DNA of 64,000 nt from the NCBI GenBank assembly GCA_945859975.1, contig CAMAPH010000008.1, positions 1 to 64,000 on the forward strand. Reading direction: 5' to 3'. Under the pieces are notes generated by a model. It made no database searches and was not told the DNA's origin. It saw nothing but the letters and a program-made list of their open reading frames with translations. Positions 19,028 through 29,734 of the stretch are shown here, piece after piece. The translations under genes were made by a program, and so were the position numbers. Positions within the stretch are counted from its first letter, which is position 1; each line of letters begins with the position of its first letter. This DNA comes from Chthonomonas calidirosea. Its GTDB lineage: Bacteria > Armatimonadota > Fimbriimonadia > Fimbriimonadales > Fimbriimonadaceae.

Positions 19028-20016
19028 TGGCAAAGGAAACCGCAAAAACGCACAAAGAGTGGGAAAAGCCACTGCTAGAGCTAGAGGACACGATTGCCAA
19101 GCTCCGAGAAGCAGCCAGACGCGAGGCAGACCCGGTCAAACAAGCCAACTATATTGACAAGGCCGAGACCTACCAAGAGCAGTGCAATCGATACGTCAAG
19201 CTGATGTACTCCAACCTCGGAGACTGGGAGAAAGTCCTTGTCGCCCGGGCCGAAAAACGGCCATACACCTTGGACTACATCCAGAGCATCTTTAACGGCT
19301 TTATCGAACTCCAGGGAGACCGAAACGGATTCAACGATAACGCGATCGTTGGCGGACCCGCCGAGTTCAATGGCCGTCCCGTCATCGTTCTGGGCCACCA
19401 GAAGGGCCGAAATATCCAAGACCGCCAAATGCGAAACTTCGGAATGGCAAAGCCGGAAGGCTATCGAAAGGCGATCCGCCTCTTCGAAATGGCAGAACGT
19501 TTCCGAATGCCGGTGATCTCTTTCGTGGACACCCCAGCCGCCGATCCCGGCGTGGAAAGTGAATCCCGAGGGATCAGCGAAGCCATCGCCGCCGCGATGC
19601 TGAAGATGTTCCAACTCACGGTGCCTACCGTTTCCGTGATCATCGGCGAAGGCGGCAGCGGCGGTGCCATCGGTATTGCCGTCTCAAACCGCGTACTCAT
19701 GCTCGAACACGCGGTCTACTCAGTGATTCCTCCGGAAGGTTGTGCGGCCATTCTCTGGCGAGCGCCTGAGCGTGCACCAGAAGCTGCCGAGGCTCTCCAA
19801 ATCACTGCAAAGTCGGCGCTCTCGTTTGGCATCATCGATGAGATCGTTTCCGAACCCGAAGGGGCCGCCCACCGCGATCCGGCTGGCGCCTCGGACCTGA
19901 TCAAAGAAGCTATCGTTCGGCACCTTGATGAACTGTTGCTGCTTTCACCGGCAGAACTTCACGCTGATCGCCACGCGAAGTTCCGCAAGCTCGGTAAGTT
20001 CGCAGAGACTCTTTAG
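19027..20016 (+). CDS. accA: acetyl-CoA carboxylase carboxyltransferase alpha subunit
   Basis: NFGMAKPEGYRKA, GEGGSGGA, YSVIPPEGCA. Confidence 0.96.
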   Translation: MAKETAKTHKEWEKPLLELEDTIAKLREAARREADPVKQANYIDKAETYQEQCNRYVKLMYSNLGDWEKVLVARAEKRPYTLDYIQSIFNGFIELQGDRNGFNDNAIVGGPAEFNGRPVIVLGHQKGRNIQDRQMRNFGMAKPEGYRKAIRLFEMAERFRMPVISFVDTPAADPGVESESRGISEAIAAAMLKMFQLTVPTVSVIIGEGGSGGAIGIAVSNRVLMLEHAVYSVIPPEGCAAILWRAPERAPEAAEALQITAKSALSFGIIDEIVSEPEGAAHRDPAGASDLIKEAIVRHLDELLLLSPAELHADRHAKFRKLGKFAETL

Positions 20017-22172
20017 CGTTCTTCCCAGTTCACTTGGAAGCTCGCCGCGTCTCCCGGAATAATGTCCCCGATGAACTCTCGAGTCACCTTGCCAAAGGTG
20101 ACCTTGATTCGGTGCGTTCCGTAAAACGGTCGGAACTTCGCCATGCCGTTTGAATCCGTGGCGATCGTTTCGTTGGTCCACCATTTCTTAAAGACGAGGT
20201 CTCGGTACGCCTTGACCGTCGGGCGAGCGGTCCAATCTCGACGGAACATTGCCCCGCCCTCGTTCGCCCGCCAATGAGCGCCTTCCCAGAATCCCCACAT
20301 GATGAACCCATCCATCTTCGGATGGCTAAAGCACGTCGTCAGGAAGTCAGTCAGGTGTTCGGCGTGAACTTTGTCGTCCTGCACGCCAAGGTCGTACTCC
20401 GTAATCTCGAGTCGAGGACCCAGAGCGGCCATCTCGTCAAGTGCCTTAAAGACGGTCGGCATCGGCGTCATCGGAGTTCCAACGTGCGCCTGAATGCCGA
20501 TGATGTCCACCGGTGCACCTTGATTCAGCAGCTGCTGGACTCGCTCTTTGGCTTTCTGCTTGTGACCAGTGCCAGCCTGGGATTCTTCCGTGATGTTGAA
20601 ATCGTTGTAGGCCGTAAGAGCCGTTGGATCGGTAACCTTCGCGATCCGGAAAACCTGACCGAACGATTCCCAGCCGATTCGATCCCACAGCGAAGACTCG
20701 GTGACCGCTTCGTTCACGACATCCCAGAGATAAAGCTGCCCCTTATAGCGCGTCACGACTTCCTCGACGCGGTCGGACACTCGTTCCTTTAGTACGTCGT
20801 CCTTCATTGCCCATGCACCCGCCGGGATGTTTCGCTCCGAACCCCAAACGCCGTTATGTCCGCGAATCTTGAAACGGTTCTGCTTGAGCCAAGCGATCGC
20901 CTTATCTGGGGCATCGTAGCCATCGGCATCCGTGTTGGGCCACTTCAAGTCGTTTTCGAGCGTTACGGTGTTAAACAGGCTCTTCAACTCGGCCCGGAAC
21001 CGGGTGCTCGTAGCATCAGTTCCGTTGATCAGCGATGCCGGTGCCGCGGTTCCGAAGCGGAAAGCATGTTCCATCATCTCCACGTGAACTTTCGACCCAG
21101 CCAACGGCTTCCCATCCCGGACCACATTCACCACCAACGGACCCCGTCGCTGCTTCTCAATCCGCGCCTCCGCTGCAGCTAGCCAGGAAAGATCACGCTT
21201 GCCAGATGTGTAGTATTGGATCGTTTGCTTGACCGAACTGAGCGGCTTAAATCCGAGGTTCTCAACTACAACTTCTTTCAGTTCGACTTCTCCAGACTCA
21301 TAGCCCAGGAAAATCGTAAGTTGCCCTTCTTTTGTCTCAAGGCTCCGTGGCACAATTCCCGCGAAGCGGAACGCCTGCCAGGTTGGCGTTAGCGCAACTG
21401 GACCGTTGACGTACTTCGCGTTCGGCGGATTGCTCTCTTCGATGTGAACGGTCGCGCGAGATTTTGTCTTGCTTCGCATCTGAAGTGAAACAAGAACGGT
21501 TTGCCCGGCGACGATCGGTTTATCCAAGGGAACCCCGATGAGGTTGTCCCATGGAGACGCTCCCGGCTTAACCGCAAACTTAGCGAACAGATTTCCGGCT
21601 GAGTTTGTGAGTGTCGATCCATTCGTTCGCCAGTCTGAAAGTTTTGGCGCGGTGAGCAAGCTCTGCGGTTTCGCCAGGGGTGCCGGATCGATTGCTTCCA
21701 AGCTCACCGAGGACAGTTCTACGGTGCCGCTTCCGAAGTTTAAGTGAAACCCAGCTTGCGCCTGTTTCGCGGCAAACGAGGCATTCGCCAGTCCAGAAAT
21801 CTTGTACGACTTCCACTCGGGAGTCAAAGTAAATTCTCGGCTGATCACATCGGTGTAGGGTGCGGTCGCACCTTGCACAAATGCGTTGATTCGATTTTGG
21901 GTGATGCTGCGCGCCCAAAAACTTAGCTCAAGAACCTGACCTTGCTTTAGCGGGCTGTTAATCGGCTGCTGGCATTGCACTTCCCAGCCCGGTGCTCCAG
22001 GAATTTGCTTAAGGTCCAGCTTGACCGCTTTGCCGCCTCGGTCCGAGTTCACAATCTCGCGCTGACAAAACTCGGAAGCGGTGATTTGCCACCCCTCCGT
22101 CCCAGCACTAAAGTCAGGATTCGAGATGAGATTTCCCGCGAGGGCGACCGATGCAAGCAGCACGGACAACAT
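20013..22172 (-). CDS. GH10 endo-1,4-beta-xylanase-like protein with two N-terminal CBM4/9-like modules
   Basis: ENDLKW, IRGH, WDVVNEA (acid/base), ITEYD (nucleophile); signal peptide. Confidence 0.9.
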   Translation of the reverse strand: MLSVLLASVALAGNLISNPDFSAGTEGWQITASEFCQREIVNSDRGGKAVKLDLKQIPGAPGWEVQCQQPINSPLKQGQVLELSFWARSITQNRINAFVQGATAPYTDVISREFTLTPEWKSYKISGLANASFAAKQAQAGFHLNFGSGTVELSSVSLEAIDPAPLAKPQSLLTAPKLSDWRTNGSTLTNSAGNLFAKFAVKPGASPWDNLIGVPLDKPIVAGQTVLVSLQMRSKTKSRATVHIEESNPPNAKYVNGPVALTPTWQAFRFAGIVPRSLETKEGQLTIFLGYESGEVELKEVVVENLGFKPLSSVKQTIQYYTSGKRDLSWLAAAEARIEKQRRGPLVVNVVRDGKPLAGSKVHVEMMEHAFRFGTAAPASLINGTDATSTRFRAELKSLFNTVTLENDLKWPNTDADGYDAPDKAIAWLKQNRFKIRGHNGVWGSERNIPAGAWAMKDDVLKERVSDRVEEVVTRYKGQLYLWDVVNEAVTESSLWDRIGWESFGQVFRIAKVTDPTALTAYNDFNITEESQAGTGHKQKAKERVQQLLNQGAPVDIIGIQAHVGTPMTPMPTVFKALDEMAALGPRLEITEYDLGVQDDKVHAEHLTDFLTTCFSHPKMDGFIMWGFWEGAHWRANEGGAMFRRDWTARPTVKAYRDLVFKKWWTNETIATDSNGMAKFRPFYGTHRIKVTFGKVTREFIGDIIPGDAASFQVNWEER

Positions 22173-22255
22173 AGCTTCACTTTACTGCGAACTGCCCAAA
22201 ACCGAACAGCTGTCACGAACAGACAATCAGACCGAACCGGTATCCTTCCGGTCCC

Positions 22256-24073
22256 ATGGGGTTTGTAAAACGCACGCATACATGCGGCGAAATTCGCGCC
22301 GAGCACGTCGGAGAAACGGTGTCACTGAACGGCTGGATCCACCGCGTTCGAGATCTTGGCGGAGTAAAGTTCGTGGATCTTCGGGATCGCACCGGACTTG
22401 TTCAGCTCGTTCTCGCGCCTGAAACCTTCCCCGATTCCTCGAACCTCCGGGCCGAGGCTTGCGTTAGCTTTACGGGCAAAGTACTAGAACGATCGGACGA
22501 GGCAAAGAACCCCAAAATGCCGACCGGCGATATCGAAATCGAAGTTCAAAGTTTCGAGCTACTTGGCCCAACTAAACCACTCCCATTCCAACTGAGCGAT
22601 GAGGAACAGATGCAGTCGGTCAACGAGGAGCTTCGCGTTAAGCACCGGTACCTCGACCTTCGACGCCCATCGATGCATCGCCGCTTTGCCGTCCGCAGTT
22701 CGGTCATTCGTCGGTATCGAAGTTATCTCGACGCTCGTGGCTTCCTCGAAATCGAAACTCCGATCATCACGAAGTCCACCCCGGAAGGTGCGCGCGATTA
22801 CCTAGTTCCGTATCGAAACGAATCTGGTCTTTGGTATGCCTTGCCGCAGAGTCCGCAGCAATACAAGCAGCTCCTTATGGTCGCCGGCATGGAGCGGTAC
22901 TACCAGGTTGCGAAGTGCTTCCGCGATGAAAGCAGCCGCGCCGACCGCCAACCCGAATTCACCCAGCTCGATATTGAAATGTCGTTCATCGATCAGGAAG
23001 ACATCCTGACGTTGATCGAAGCCATGACTCAAGATGTCGTGAACGGCACGATAGAGGAGTTTGGACTCGATAAAGAGCCCGTTGGACCAATGGAACGCAT
23101 CACTTACGATGAAGCGATGCGGGACTATGGCTGCGACAAGCCCGACACGCGATTTGGCCTTCAGCTGATCGATCTCACCGGCTGCTTCCCAGATACGCAA
23201 TTCGCGGTTTTCAAGAACACCATCGAGACCGGCGGCGTTCTGCGTGCGGTTCGCTTCCCAGGTGCCGCGAGCTACTCGCGAAAGGAAGTCAGTGGCCTTG
23301 AGGAGTTCTGTAAAGAGCTCGGCGCTAAGGGAATGGCTCATCTTGCCGTCCTGCCTGCAGCCGAGGCTGGCGAAGGCGCGTACATCAGCCCGAACGGTCT
23401 TGCGATCAAGAGTTCGATCGTCAAGTTCCTCGCCGAAGCAGAACTGGAAGCCGTCCTCGAAACCTCAAAGGCCGAGGCGGGAGACTTGATCTGCATTGTC
23501 GCCGACGCTTGGCAGACGACGAACGACGTTCTCTATCGCCTCAGGTTAGAGATCGGCGATCGCCTTAAGCTGCGCGATCCACGAATTCTGAAGTATCTGT
23601 GGGTCGTTGACTTCCCGCTCGTCGAGTGGAGTGACACCGACGGACGATGGAGCTCGATGCACCACCCGTTCACGATGCCAAAGTGGGAGGACCTGCCAAA
23701 GATCGAAACGGATCCAGGCAGCATCCGCGCGCAGGCATATGACTTGGTCTGCAACGGAATGGAAGTCGCCGGCGGTTCGATCCGAATCAACCGACCCGAT
23801 ATCCAAGCCCAGATCTTTGGCCTTCTCGGCATCGATGAGGCAACTCAGCAAGATCGATTTGGCCACTTGCTCGAAGCGTTCAGCTACGGAGCGCCGCCTC
23901 ACGGTGGCATCGCACCGGGAATCGACCGGCTCATCATGCTGCTAACGGACACCGAAAACATTCGAGAAGTCATAGCCTTCCCGAAGGTTGCTGGGGGCCA
24001 AGACCCAATGATGGGGGCCCCCAGCACAATCGACTCTCAGCAGTGGGCCGAACTCGGCCTACGGCGTTCCTGA
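22256..24073 (+). CDS. aspS: aspartate-tRNA ligase
   Basis: RYLDLRR, PEGARDY, LPQSPQ, HHPFT, GAPPHGG. Confidence 0.98.
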   Translation: MGFVKRTHTCGEIRAEHVGETVSLNGWIHRVRDLGGVKFVDLRDRTGLVQLVLAPETFPDSSNLRAEACVSFTGKVLERSDEAKNPKMPTGDIEIEVQSFELLGPTKPLPFQLSDEEQMQSVNEELRVKHRYLDLRRPSMHRRFAVRSSVIRRYRSYLDARGFLEIETPIITKSTPEGARDYLVPYRNESGLWYALPQSPQQYKQLLMVAGMERYYQVAKCFRDESSRADRQPEFTQLDIEMSFIDQEDILTLIEAMTQDVVNGTIEEFGLDKEPVGPMERITYDEAMRDYGCDKPDTRFGLQLIDLTGCFPDTQFAVFKNTIETGGVLRAVRFPGAASYSRKEVSGLEEFCKELGAKGMAHLAVLPAAEAGEGAYISPNGLAIKSSIVKFLAEAELEAVLETSKAEAGDLICIVADAWQTTNDVLYRLRLEIGDRLKLRDPRILKYLWVVDFPLVEWSDTDGRWSSMHHPFTMPKWEDLPKIETDPGSIRAQAYDLVCNGMEVAGGSIRINRPDIQAQIFGLLGIDEATQQDRFGHLLEAFSYGAPPHGGIAPGIDRLIMLLTDTENIREVIAFPKVAGGQDPMMGAPSTIDSQQWAELGLRRS

Positions 24074-24077
24074 TGTC

Positions 24078-25040
24078 TTACCAAGCGTAATCTTCTGGGC
24101 TGGTCTTCCGGCCCGGGAAGATTGCGTCGATCTTCTTCAGAACTTCCGCGTCAAGAACGATATCAACTGCCTTGGCGTTGCCGTGAAGCTGCGCCATCGT
24201 TCGTGGTCCAATGATTGGTCCGGTAACGCCTGGCTGGTGCAAGGTCCAAGCAAGCGCGACGTCGGCTGGGTTTTCTCCCAACTCAGCGCAAAGCGCTTCC
24301 CACTTTTCGAGCTGATCCGCGTGCTTGACTCGTGCTTCGGCCGTTCCGCCTTCGTTTCGGCGGGCACCCTGATCTTCCGTCTTTCCGCCGAGCAAGCCGC
24401 TCGCGAGTGGGCTCCAAGGAATCACTCCAAGGCCGTATTCGCGGCAGGCTGGAAGTACTTCAAGCTCAATGTTTCGGTTGAGTAGGTGGTAGATCGACTG
24501 CTCACTCACCAAGCCAAGCATGTTCTGGGCCGATGCGCGCTCGTTGAACCGTGCGATGTGCCAAGCACCAAAGTTCGATGAGCCGAAGTAAAGCACCTTG
24601 CCCTGCTGGCGCAACACCGAGAAGGCTTCCAGAATCTCTTCCGTCGGCGTCAGACGATCAATGTGGTGCATTTGGTAAAGATCGATAAAGTCCGTCTGCA
24701 AGCGAGAGAGAGACGCATCGCAGGCCTTTCGAATATGTAGTGCGCTGCATCGGCCAGAGTTTGGCCACTCGCCCATGTCGCCATAAGCTTTGGTTGCGAT
24801 GACCGTTTTGTCGCGTCGACCGCCGCCTTGAGCAAACCATCGGCCGATGATGCTCTCCGTCCAGCCATCTTTCTTCCAGCCGTAAACGTCCGCCGTATCA
24901 AAGAAGTTGATCCCAAGGTCGTGCGCCTGGTCCATGATCTCAAAGCTGTCAGCTTCCGTTGTCTTCGGTCCAAAGTTCATGGTGCCAAGACAAAGTCGGC
25001 TGACCTTTAAGCCACTGCGTCCAAGTTGCGTGAATTGCAT
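24078..25040 (-). CDS. aldo/keto reductase
   Basis: LCLGTMNFG, DTADVYG, IDLYQMH, WSPLASG. Confidence 0.93.
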   Translation of the reverse strand: MQFTQLGRSGLKVSRLCLGTMNFGPKTTEADSFEIMDQAHDLGINFFDTADVYGWKKDGWTESIIGRWFAQGGGRRDKTVIATKAYGDMGEWPNSGRCSALHIRKACDASLSRLQTDFIDLYQMHHIDRLTPTEEILEAFSVLRQQGKVLYFGSSNFGAWHIARFNERASAQNMLGLVSEQSIYHLLNRNIELEVLPACREYGLGVIPWSPLASGLLGGKTEDQGARRNEGGTAEARVKHADQLEKWEALCAELGENPADVALAWTLHQPGVTGPIIGPRTMAQLHGNAKAVDIVLDAEVLKKIDAIFPGRKTSPEDYAW

Positions 25041-25112
25041 ATCAAGCTCGTTCTACCGTGCAAAGGTCCCGAACGCATTGCAGACGGGACATTTTCACGC
25101 ACAATTGGCTGA

Positions 25113-25598
25113 ATGGAACTCGTGCGCTATCGACCTGACCAAGCCATCCGCTGGCTACGCATGGGAGCCGAGACCCAAAAGCAAACCGCGAAAGAGAAAA
25201 CGAAAAAGGTCTCTGATCCGAAGCAACGGTTTGCGGATCATCTCAAAAACGCCGCGAGCGCAATCATGGACTACGGCAAAGGTACTTACACCGAAGCTAT
25301 GCACAGCGTCGCCGAGGCGAACGAGTTCGTGATCCAAGAAACGCAACTTGATATCGTTCGTAACGGCACGATCAAAACCGTGCCGTATGATCGCATCAAG
25401 GCAATCCAACTTCGCACCGATCGCGCGACGCTAGTCCTGGATAAAGGCACCGTCGTCATAAAACCGTTCGCCTACTTGAGCGCCGGCCGAGCAAAAGTTC
25501 CGGTCGGTTGGCAACGCAATGGACTCGACGTTCCGTTTGAACTCCTCTTCGAAGAAATAAGTGCGCGAAGTGGCATTCCCCTAACTGAAACAGAATAA
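25113..25598 (+). CDS. hypothetical protein
   Basis: 161 aa ORF filling the gap, codirectional with nadC. Confidence 0.7.
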   Translation: MELVRYRPDQAIRWLRMGAETQKQTAKEKTKKVSDPKQRFADHLKNAASAIMDYGKGTYTEAMHSVAEANEFVIQETQLDIVRNGTIKTVPYDRIKAIQLRTDRATLVLDKGTVVIKPFAYLSAGRAKVPVGWQRNGLDVPFELLFEEISARSGIPLTETE

Positions 25599-25628
25599 CC
25601 GTGTCCTGAGAAAAGGTACACAGGACGG

Positions 25629-26483
25629 GTGAGCGCATGGCATCAGCCAGAACCACAGCAGTGGTGGCACATCGTAGAAGACGCCCTCAGCGAAGACGTG
25701 GGTAGCGGCGACATTACCGGCGCGGCCCTTTCTGCGACCGACATGGTTCGCTGGCACATTGAGGCTCAAGCCGACGGCATTATTTGCGGTCTCGGAATTG
25801 CGGAGTTTCTTCTTGCGCCCTCCCCAGCCGACTCGGGGCGCGCGAATATCGAAGTCCTGAAGAACGATGGGGATGCAGTTTCGCGCGGCACCATCCTCAT
25901 CCGCGGCTACCTCAGCGCTCGCCAAGTCATGATGGCGGAACGAACCGCCCTGAACTTCCTGATGCACCTGAGTGGAGTCGCAACCTTAACGCATGAATTC
26001 GTGGAGCGAGTCAAAGACACGGATGCCCGCATCGTGGACACCCGAAAAACGATCCCGATGCTCAGGTCTTTACAAAAGTACGCCGTCCGGTGCGGTGGCG
26101 GACATAACCATCGGATGGGTTTGTATGACGGCGTCATGCTGAAAGACAATCACATCGCCGCTCTGGGCGGAATCAAACCGGCGGTAAAAGCCGTTCGGGG
26201 TTACGCATCCCACATGCTCAAGATCGAAGTTGAGTGCGAAACCCTGGAGCAGGTGGCAGAAGCAGTTGAAGCCGGTGCAGACATCGTGATGCTCGACAAC
26301 ATGGATCCGTTCATGATGCGAGAAGCCGTAAAGGCGTACAAGCATCAAGTACTACTTGAAGCAAGTGGCGGTGTTTCTCTCGAAACCGTTCGCGGAGTTG
26401 CCCTCACCGGGGTTCATCTCATCTCTGTCGGGGCTCTGACCCACTCTGCCGTTTCGCTGCCCATGCATTTGGAATTGCTGTGA
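25629..26483 (+). CDS. nadC: nicotinate-nucleotide diphosphorylase (carboxylating)
   Basis: ERTALNFL, DTRKT, HRMGLYD, KDNH, IEVEC, LDNM, SVGALTHS. Confidence 0.97.
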   Translation: MSAWHQPEPQQWWHIVEDALSEDVGSGDITGAALSATDMVRWHIEAQADGIICGLGIAEFLLAPSPADSGRANIEVLKNDGDAVSRGTILIRGYLSARQVMMAERTALNFLMHLSGVATLTHEFVERVKDTDARIVDTRKTIPMLRSLQKYAVRCGGGHNHRMGLYDGVMLKDNHIAALGGIKPAVKAVRGYASHMLKIEVECETLEQVAEAVEAGADIVMLDNMDPFMMREAVKAYKHQVLLEASGGVSLETVRGVALTGVHLISVGALTHSAVSLPMHLELL

Positions 26484-27187
26484 AATTTGACATTTCCGCT
26501 CATCAGCCTTTTTTCCGGTTTGCGGAGCTCGATTCAACGCAAACCTACGTTTCAGCGTCGATTCGTGACGGTGAACCGATCTCTGGCTGCCTCACGGAGA
26601 GCCAAACCAACGGACGTGGACGATTTCAGCGCGAATGGATTGCTGGTCCCAACTCTAGCCTGACCACCACTTTGGTGTTCAATGCCTACAAAAACCACCC
26701 GGAGCCTCACCTAATTGGTATGGCGACGGCGATCGCCGTGGCTAACGCTTTCGACGCAAAGCTACAGTGGCCGAACGACATCGTAGTTGGCGGCAAGAAG
26801 CTTGCCGGAATTCTAACCGAGGTAATTGTGGGCCCAGATGGTGATCGTCGAACCATCGTCGGCATTGGGCTTAACCTTGGACAAACGCGGTTCCCTACCG
26901 AAATCGCCTTTCGGGCAACGAGCCTCGCCATAGAAGGACGTGAAGTACCGACAATTGACGAGGCGCTTCAGAGAGTTATTGCCAGCATCCATGCCGTTCC
27001 GGAGCCAGATGCCTGGTCAGCCCTTAGAGATCACTGGGATCGCCGCTGCGCAACCCAAGGAAAGATCTTCCTCCTCCCGGGGGGCGACATGGCGCTCGGC
27101 GTCAGAGTAAACGAAGCTGCGTGCCTTGAATGCACGGTTGATCAGCAAACACGCGTGGTAAGCGTGGGAGAAGCCTTATTTGGCTAG
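26480..27187 (+). CDS. birA: biotin-[acetyl-CoA carboxylase] ligase without DNA-binding domain
   Basis: DSTQ, QTNGRGRFQREW, WPND, KKLAGIL, GIGLN. Confidence 0.92.
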   Translation: MKFDISAHQPFFRFAELDSTQTYVSASIRDGEPISGCLTESQTNGRGRFQREWIAGPNSSLTTTLVFNAYKNHPEPHLIGMATAIAVANAFDAKLQWPNDIVVGGKKLAGILTEVIVGPDGDRRTIVGIGLNLGQTRFPTEIAFRATSLAIEGREVPTIDEALQRVIASIHAVPEPDAWSALRDHWDRRCATQGKIFLLPGGDMALGVRVNEAACLECTVDQQTRVVSVGEALFG

Positions 27188-27202
27188 AACTTCGAATGAA
27201 GT

Positions 27203-27277
27203 TGGAGCGGGCGACGAGATTCGAACCCGCGACCTATTCCTTGGCAAGGAATCGCTCTACCACTGAGCCACGCCCGC
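27203..27277 (-). tRNA. tRNA-Gly(GCC)
   Basis: Reverse complement GCGGGCGTGGCTCAGTGGTAGAGCGATTCCTTGCCAAGGAATAGGTCGCGGGTTCGAATCTCGTCGCCCGCTCCA; cloverleaf, encoded CCA. Confidence 0.97.
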
Positions 27278-27289
27278 TCGCGGATTAGT

Positions 27290-27318
27290 AAGTTACCCGA
27301 ACCCGCATCCATTGTCAA
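27290..27318 (-). promoter_or_regulatory. sigma70 promoter of tRNA-Gly
   Basis: TTGACA-17 nt-TAACTT. Confidence 0.8.
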
Positions 27319-27364
27319 CCCTAACCCACCTTCTTCCAAGCTAGATTCCCTTCATAATGCCGGT

Positions 27365-28126
27365 ATGCCTATTGATCTCAATGTTCTTGCCGAAATAGGC
27401 ACTCGTGCGGGACTACTCGCTCAAGAGGAACGGAAGCGACTCGCGACTGAACTTAAGTCCGACGGCAGCCTTGTCACGAACGCAGATCGAAAAGTCGAAG
27501 AATTCTTGCGGTCTGAACTCGCTCCCCTGGCGACCAACACGTCGGTCTGGGGCGAAGAGTTTGGCCGCGCGGACGAAGATACGAACGGCATCTGGCTTCT
27601 AGACCCCATCGACGGCACATCCAACTTTGCCATGGGCCTGCCTACGTGGGGCGTGAGCATTGCTCGTTGGCATGATGGCGCCCTTCGTGAAGGCTGCATT
27701 TACCTTCCAGACCTCGGAGAACTGTATGTCGCGGGAGAGGGCCGAGGAGCTACCTTGAATGGCGAGCCCATTAGCGTGGTCGTGCCCGGAAGACCAAAGG
27801 CATTTGAGTTGATCTCGTGCTGTCCGCACATCGCACCGCTCATCGGGAGCGAAAAGGTGCCCGGAAGACTACGTTGTTTCGGCGCATCCGTCGTAGACGG
27901 CAGTTGGACGGTTACCCAGCGTCTACGGGGCTTGTATGGGATGGGAGAGCGACTTTACGATGTTGCTGCGACCCTGGTGATGGCCGCCGAGGTCGGACTG
28001 ATCGCGAGCTACACGGACGGTACGCCGCTAAATCTTCCTTCACTGGTTGCTGGAACGCCGATTCACCGACCGTGGCAGATCATGCCACAGGCAGACAAAG
28101 CAACTTCCGCAAATCCTCGGGGGTGA
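27365..28126 (+). CDS. inositol monophosphatase family protein
   Basis: LVTNAD, GEE, WLLDPIDGTSNF, LYDVAA. Confidence 0.92.
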   Translation: MPIDLNVLAEIGTRAGLLAQEERKRLATELKSDGSLVTNADRKVEEFLRSELAPLATNTSVWGEEFGRADEDTNGIWLLDPIDGTSNFAMGLPTWGVSIARWHDGALREGCIYLPDLGELYVAGEGRGATLNGEPISVVVPGRPKAFELISCCPHIAPLIGSEKVPGRLRCFGASVVDGSWTVTQRLRGLYGMGERLYDVAATLVMAAEVGLIASYTDGTPLNLPSLVAGTPIHRPWQIMPQADKATSANPRG

Positions 28127-28592
28127 CATTGTCCGAAGCGTCCTTGGCCTTTCGCGACCAAGTGACCTTTCCTTCGGCATCAATAACAAACGCCCCACCA
28201 AGCTGGATTGGATCGGTTGTAGGCAAGAAACCACCTTTCGTGCCGGACTTAATCACCGCAAATCCTCGCTTAACAACGCTCGGGCCGAAGAGTTGCCCAA
28301 TCGAAGCCCGCTGCAGCCCGAAGTGCAAATAAAGGTGGTGCTGCGGGTCCGAAATGAACGTGTGGGGAGATCGCGTTGCGTCCTTTAAACGTTGCGATTC
28401 CTCTGCGGAGCTTAGTGTCACGAACGCGATCGGCAAATCGAGCGCATCGTTCAGAAGCTGAATCTGTTCACGGCAAAAGATGCAACCGGAATGCCGGAGG
28501 AAGATGAGGGCAAAAGGCAAACCGGGAAAGAGCTTGGCAATGGCGACCTCTTGCCCGGTCGAAAGCAGAACCGTTCGATCTGGCAGATTCAT
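28080..28592 (-). CDS. peroxiredoxin-like AhpC/TSA protein (PRXL2-type) with CxxC
   Basis: FLRHSGCIFCRE, ISDP, QLGGAFVID; start MNLPD at 28592. Confidence 0.85.
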   Translation of the reverse strand: MNLPDRTVLLSTGQEVAIAKLFPGLPFALIFLRHSGCIFCREQIQLLNDALDLPIAFVTLSSAEESQRLKDATRSPHTFISDPQHHLYLHFGLQRASIGQLFGPSVVKRGFAVIKSGTKGGFLPTTDPIQLGGAFVIDAEGKVTWSRKAKDASDNVTPEDLRKLLCLPVA

Positions 28593-28603
28593 GTTAATGC
28601 GTA

Positions 28604-29641
28604 CTACGCATCGACCGCAACATCTATCAACTCTTGGAACGGTTTCATTTTCGATGGGTGCTTCAATTTCTTGAGCGACTTCTGCTCGATTTGCCGAATT
28701 CGCTCTCGAGTGACCTGGAAACACCGCGCCACTTCTTCAAGCGTGTGAGGTTGGCCATCTAAAAGGCCGTACCGCATCATGATCACTTCCCTTTCGCGTT
28801 CCGCTAAAGTCGAGAGCAGATCATCGATCTGGCCTCGCAAAATTGATCGTAGCGCTGCATCGGCCGGGTTCTCGCCGGAACGATCCACAAGAAACTCAAC
28901 CAGCGACGTATCTTCGCTGTCGCCGATAGGAGAATCCAGCGAAAGTGGCTCGGCAATGGCGCGTTGAAACTCTTCGACTCGCTCGACCGAAATGTTGAGA
29001 CACTCCCCGATTTCCTGGGAAGTTGCTTCTCGGCCAAGAGTCTGCTGAAGCTGTCCCGTCGATCGCATCATGCGATTGACGGCTTCAAGCGTGTGGACTG
29101 GAATTCGAATCGTCCGCCCGTGATCGGAAAGGGCACGAGAAATAGCCTGTCGAACCCACCAGGTGGCGTAAGTGCTGAACCGGAAGCCTCGCTCGGGGTC
29201 AAACTTCTCGACGGCGCGAATCAGACCCATATTGCCTTCCTGGATCAGATCCTGCATGGAAAGACCGCGGCTGATGAATCGCTTTGCAATGGACACCACA
29301 AGGCGAAGGTTTGCCTCGATGAGCATCTGCTTGCAACGATCGCAACCTGTTCGTGCGCACCGCGCCAAGTTGACTTCGTCTTCGGCATTCAGAAGGGGAA
29401 TGCGACCGATCTTTTGAAGCCACATTCGAACCGAGTCTTCGAAGTGATGCTCAACTTCGGAAGGACTCGCCTCAACGTCTCCCTCGGTTTCGAACGATTC
29501 TTCCGAGACCGAGCGATTACGTGCGTTTTGGTTCGCCGCAAGCATCCTAGCCGGACAACGTGGTGTCCGATGGAAAACGAGTGCGGTTCCCCCTCCGCAC
29601 TCCGTAGTGCCCTCCGTCAATTCCTTCCCTGAAAGCATCAT
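28604..29641 (-). CDS. RpoD-family sigma70 factor
   Basis: [44 protein letters not shown]; start uncertain (29641 or 29545). Confidence 0.93.
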   Translation of the reverse strand: MMLSGKELTEGTTECGGGTALVFHRTPRCPARMLAANQNARNRSVSEESFETEGDVEASPSEVEHHFEDSVRMWLQKIGRIPLLNAEDEVNLARCARTGCDRCKQMLIEANLRLVVSIAKRFISRGLSMQDLIQEGNMGLIRAVEKFDPERGFRFSTYATWWVRQAISRALSDHGRTIRIPVHTLEAVNRMMRSTGQLQQTLGREATSQEIGECLNISVERVEEFQRAIAEPLSLDSPIGDSEDTSLVEFLVDRSGENPADAALRSILRGQIDDLLSTLAEREREVIMMRYGLLDGQPHTLEEVARCFQVTRERIRQIEQKSLKKLKHPSKMKPFQELIDVAVDA

Positions 29642-29734
29642 TAGATCACGCGACCTCCGTTGGTGAGCGCGAACGTCTTACACTATAGCAAAGGTTTTCC
29701 GAGTCTCCTTCAGAATTCTTCCGAACCGCGTGAA

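Noticed and set aside
27203..27277. tRNA-Gly as an integration site
   Set aside because: No duplicated 3' end or integrase seen; flanks are housekeeping genes
28080..28724. Selenocysteine recoding in the AhpC-like protein
   Set aside because: The motif is ordinary CxxC with no in-frame TGA
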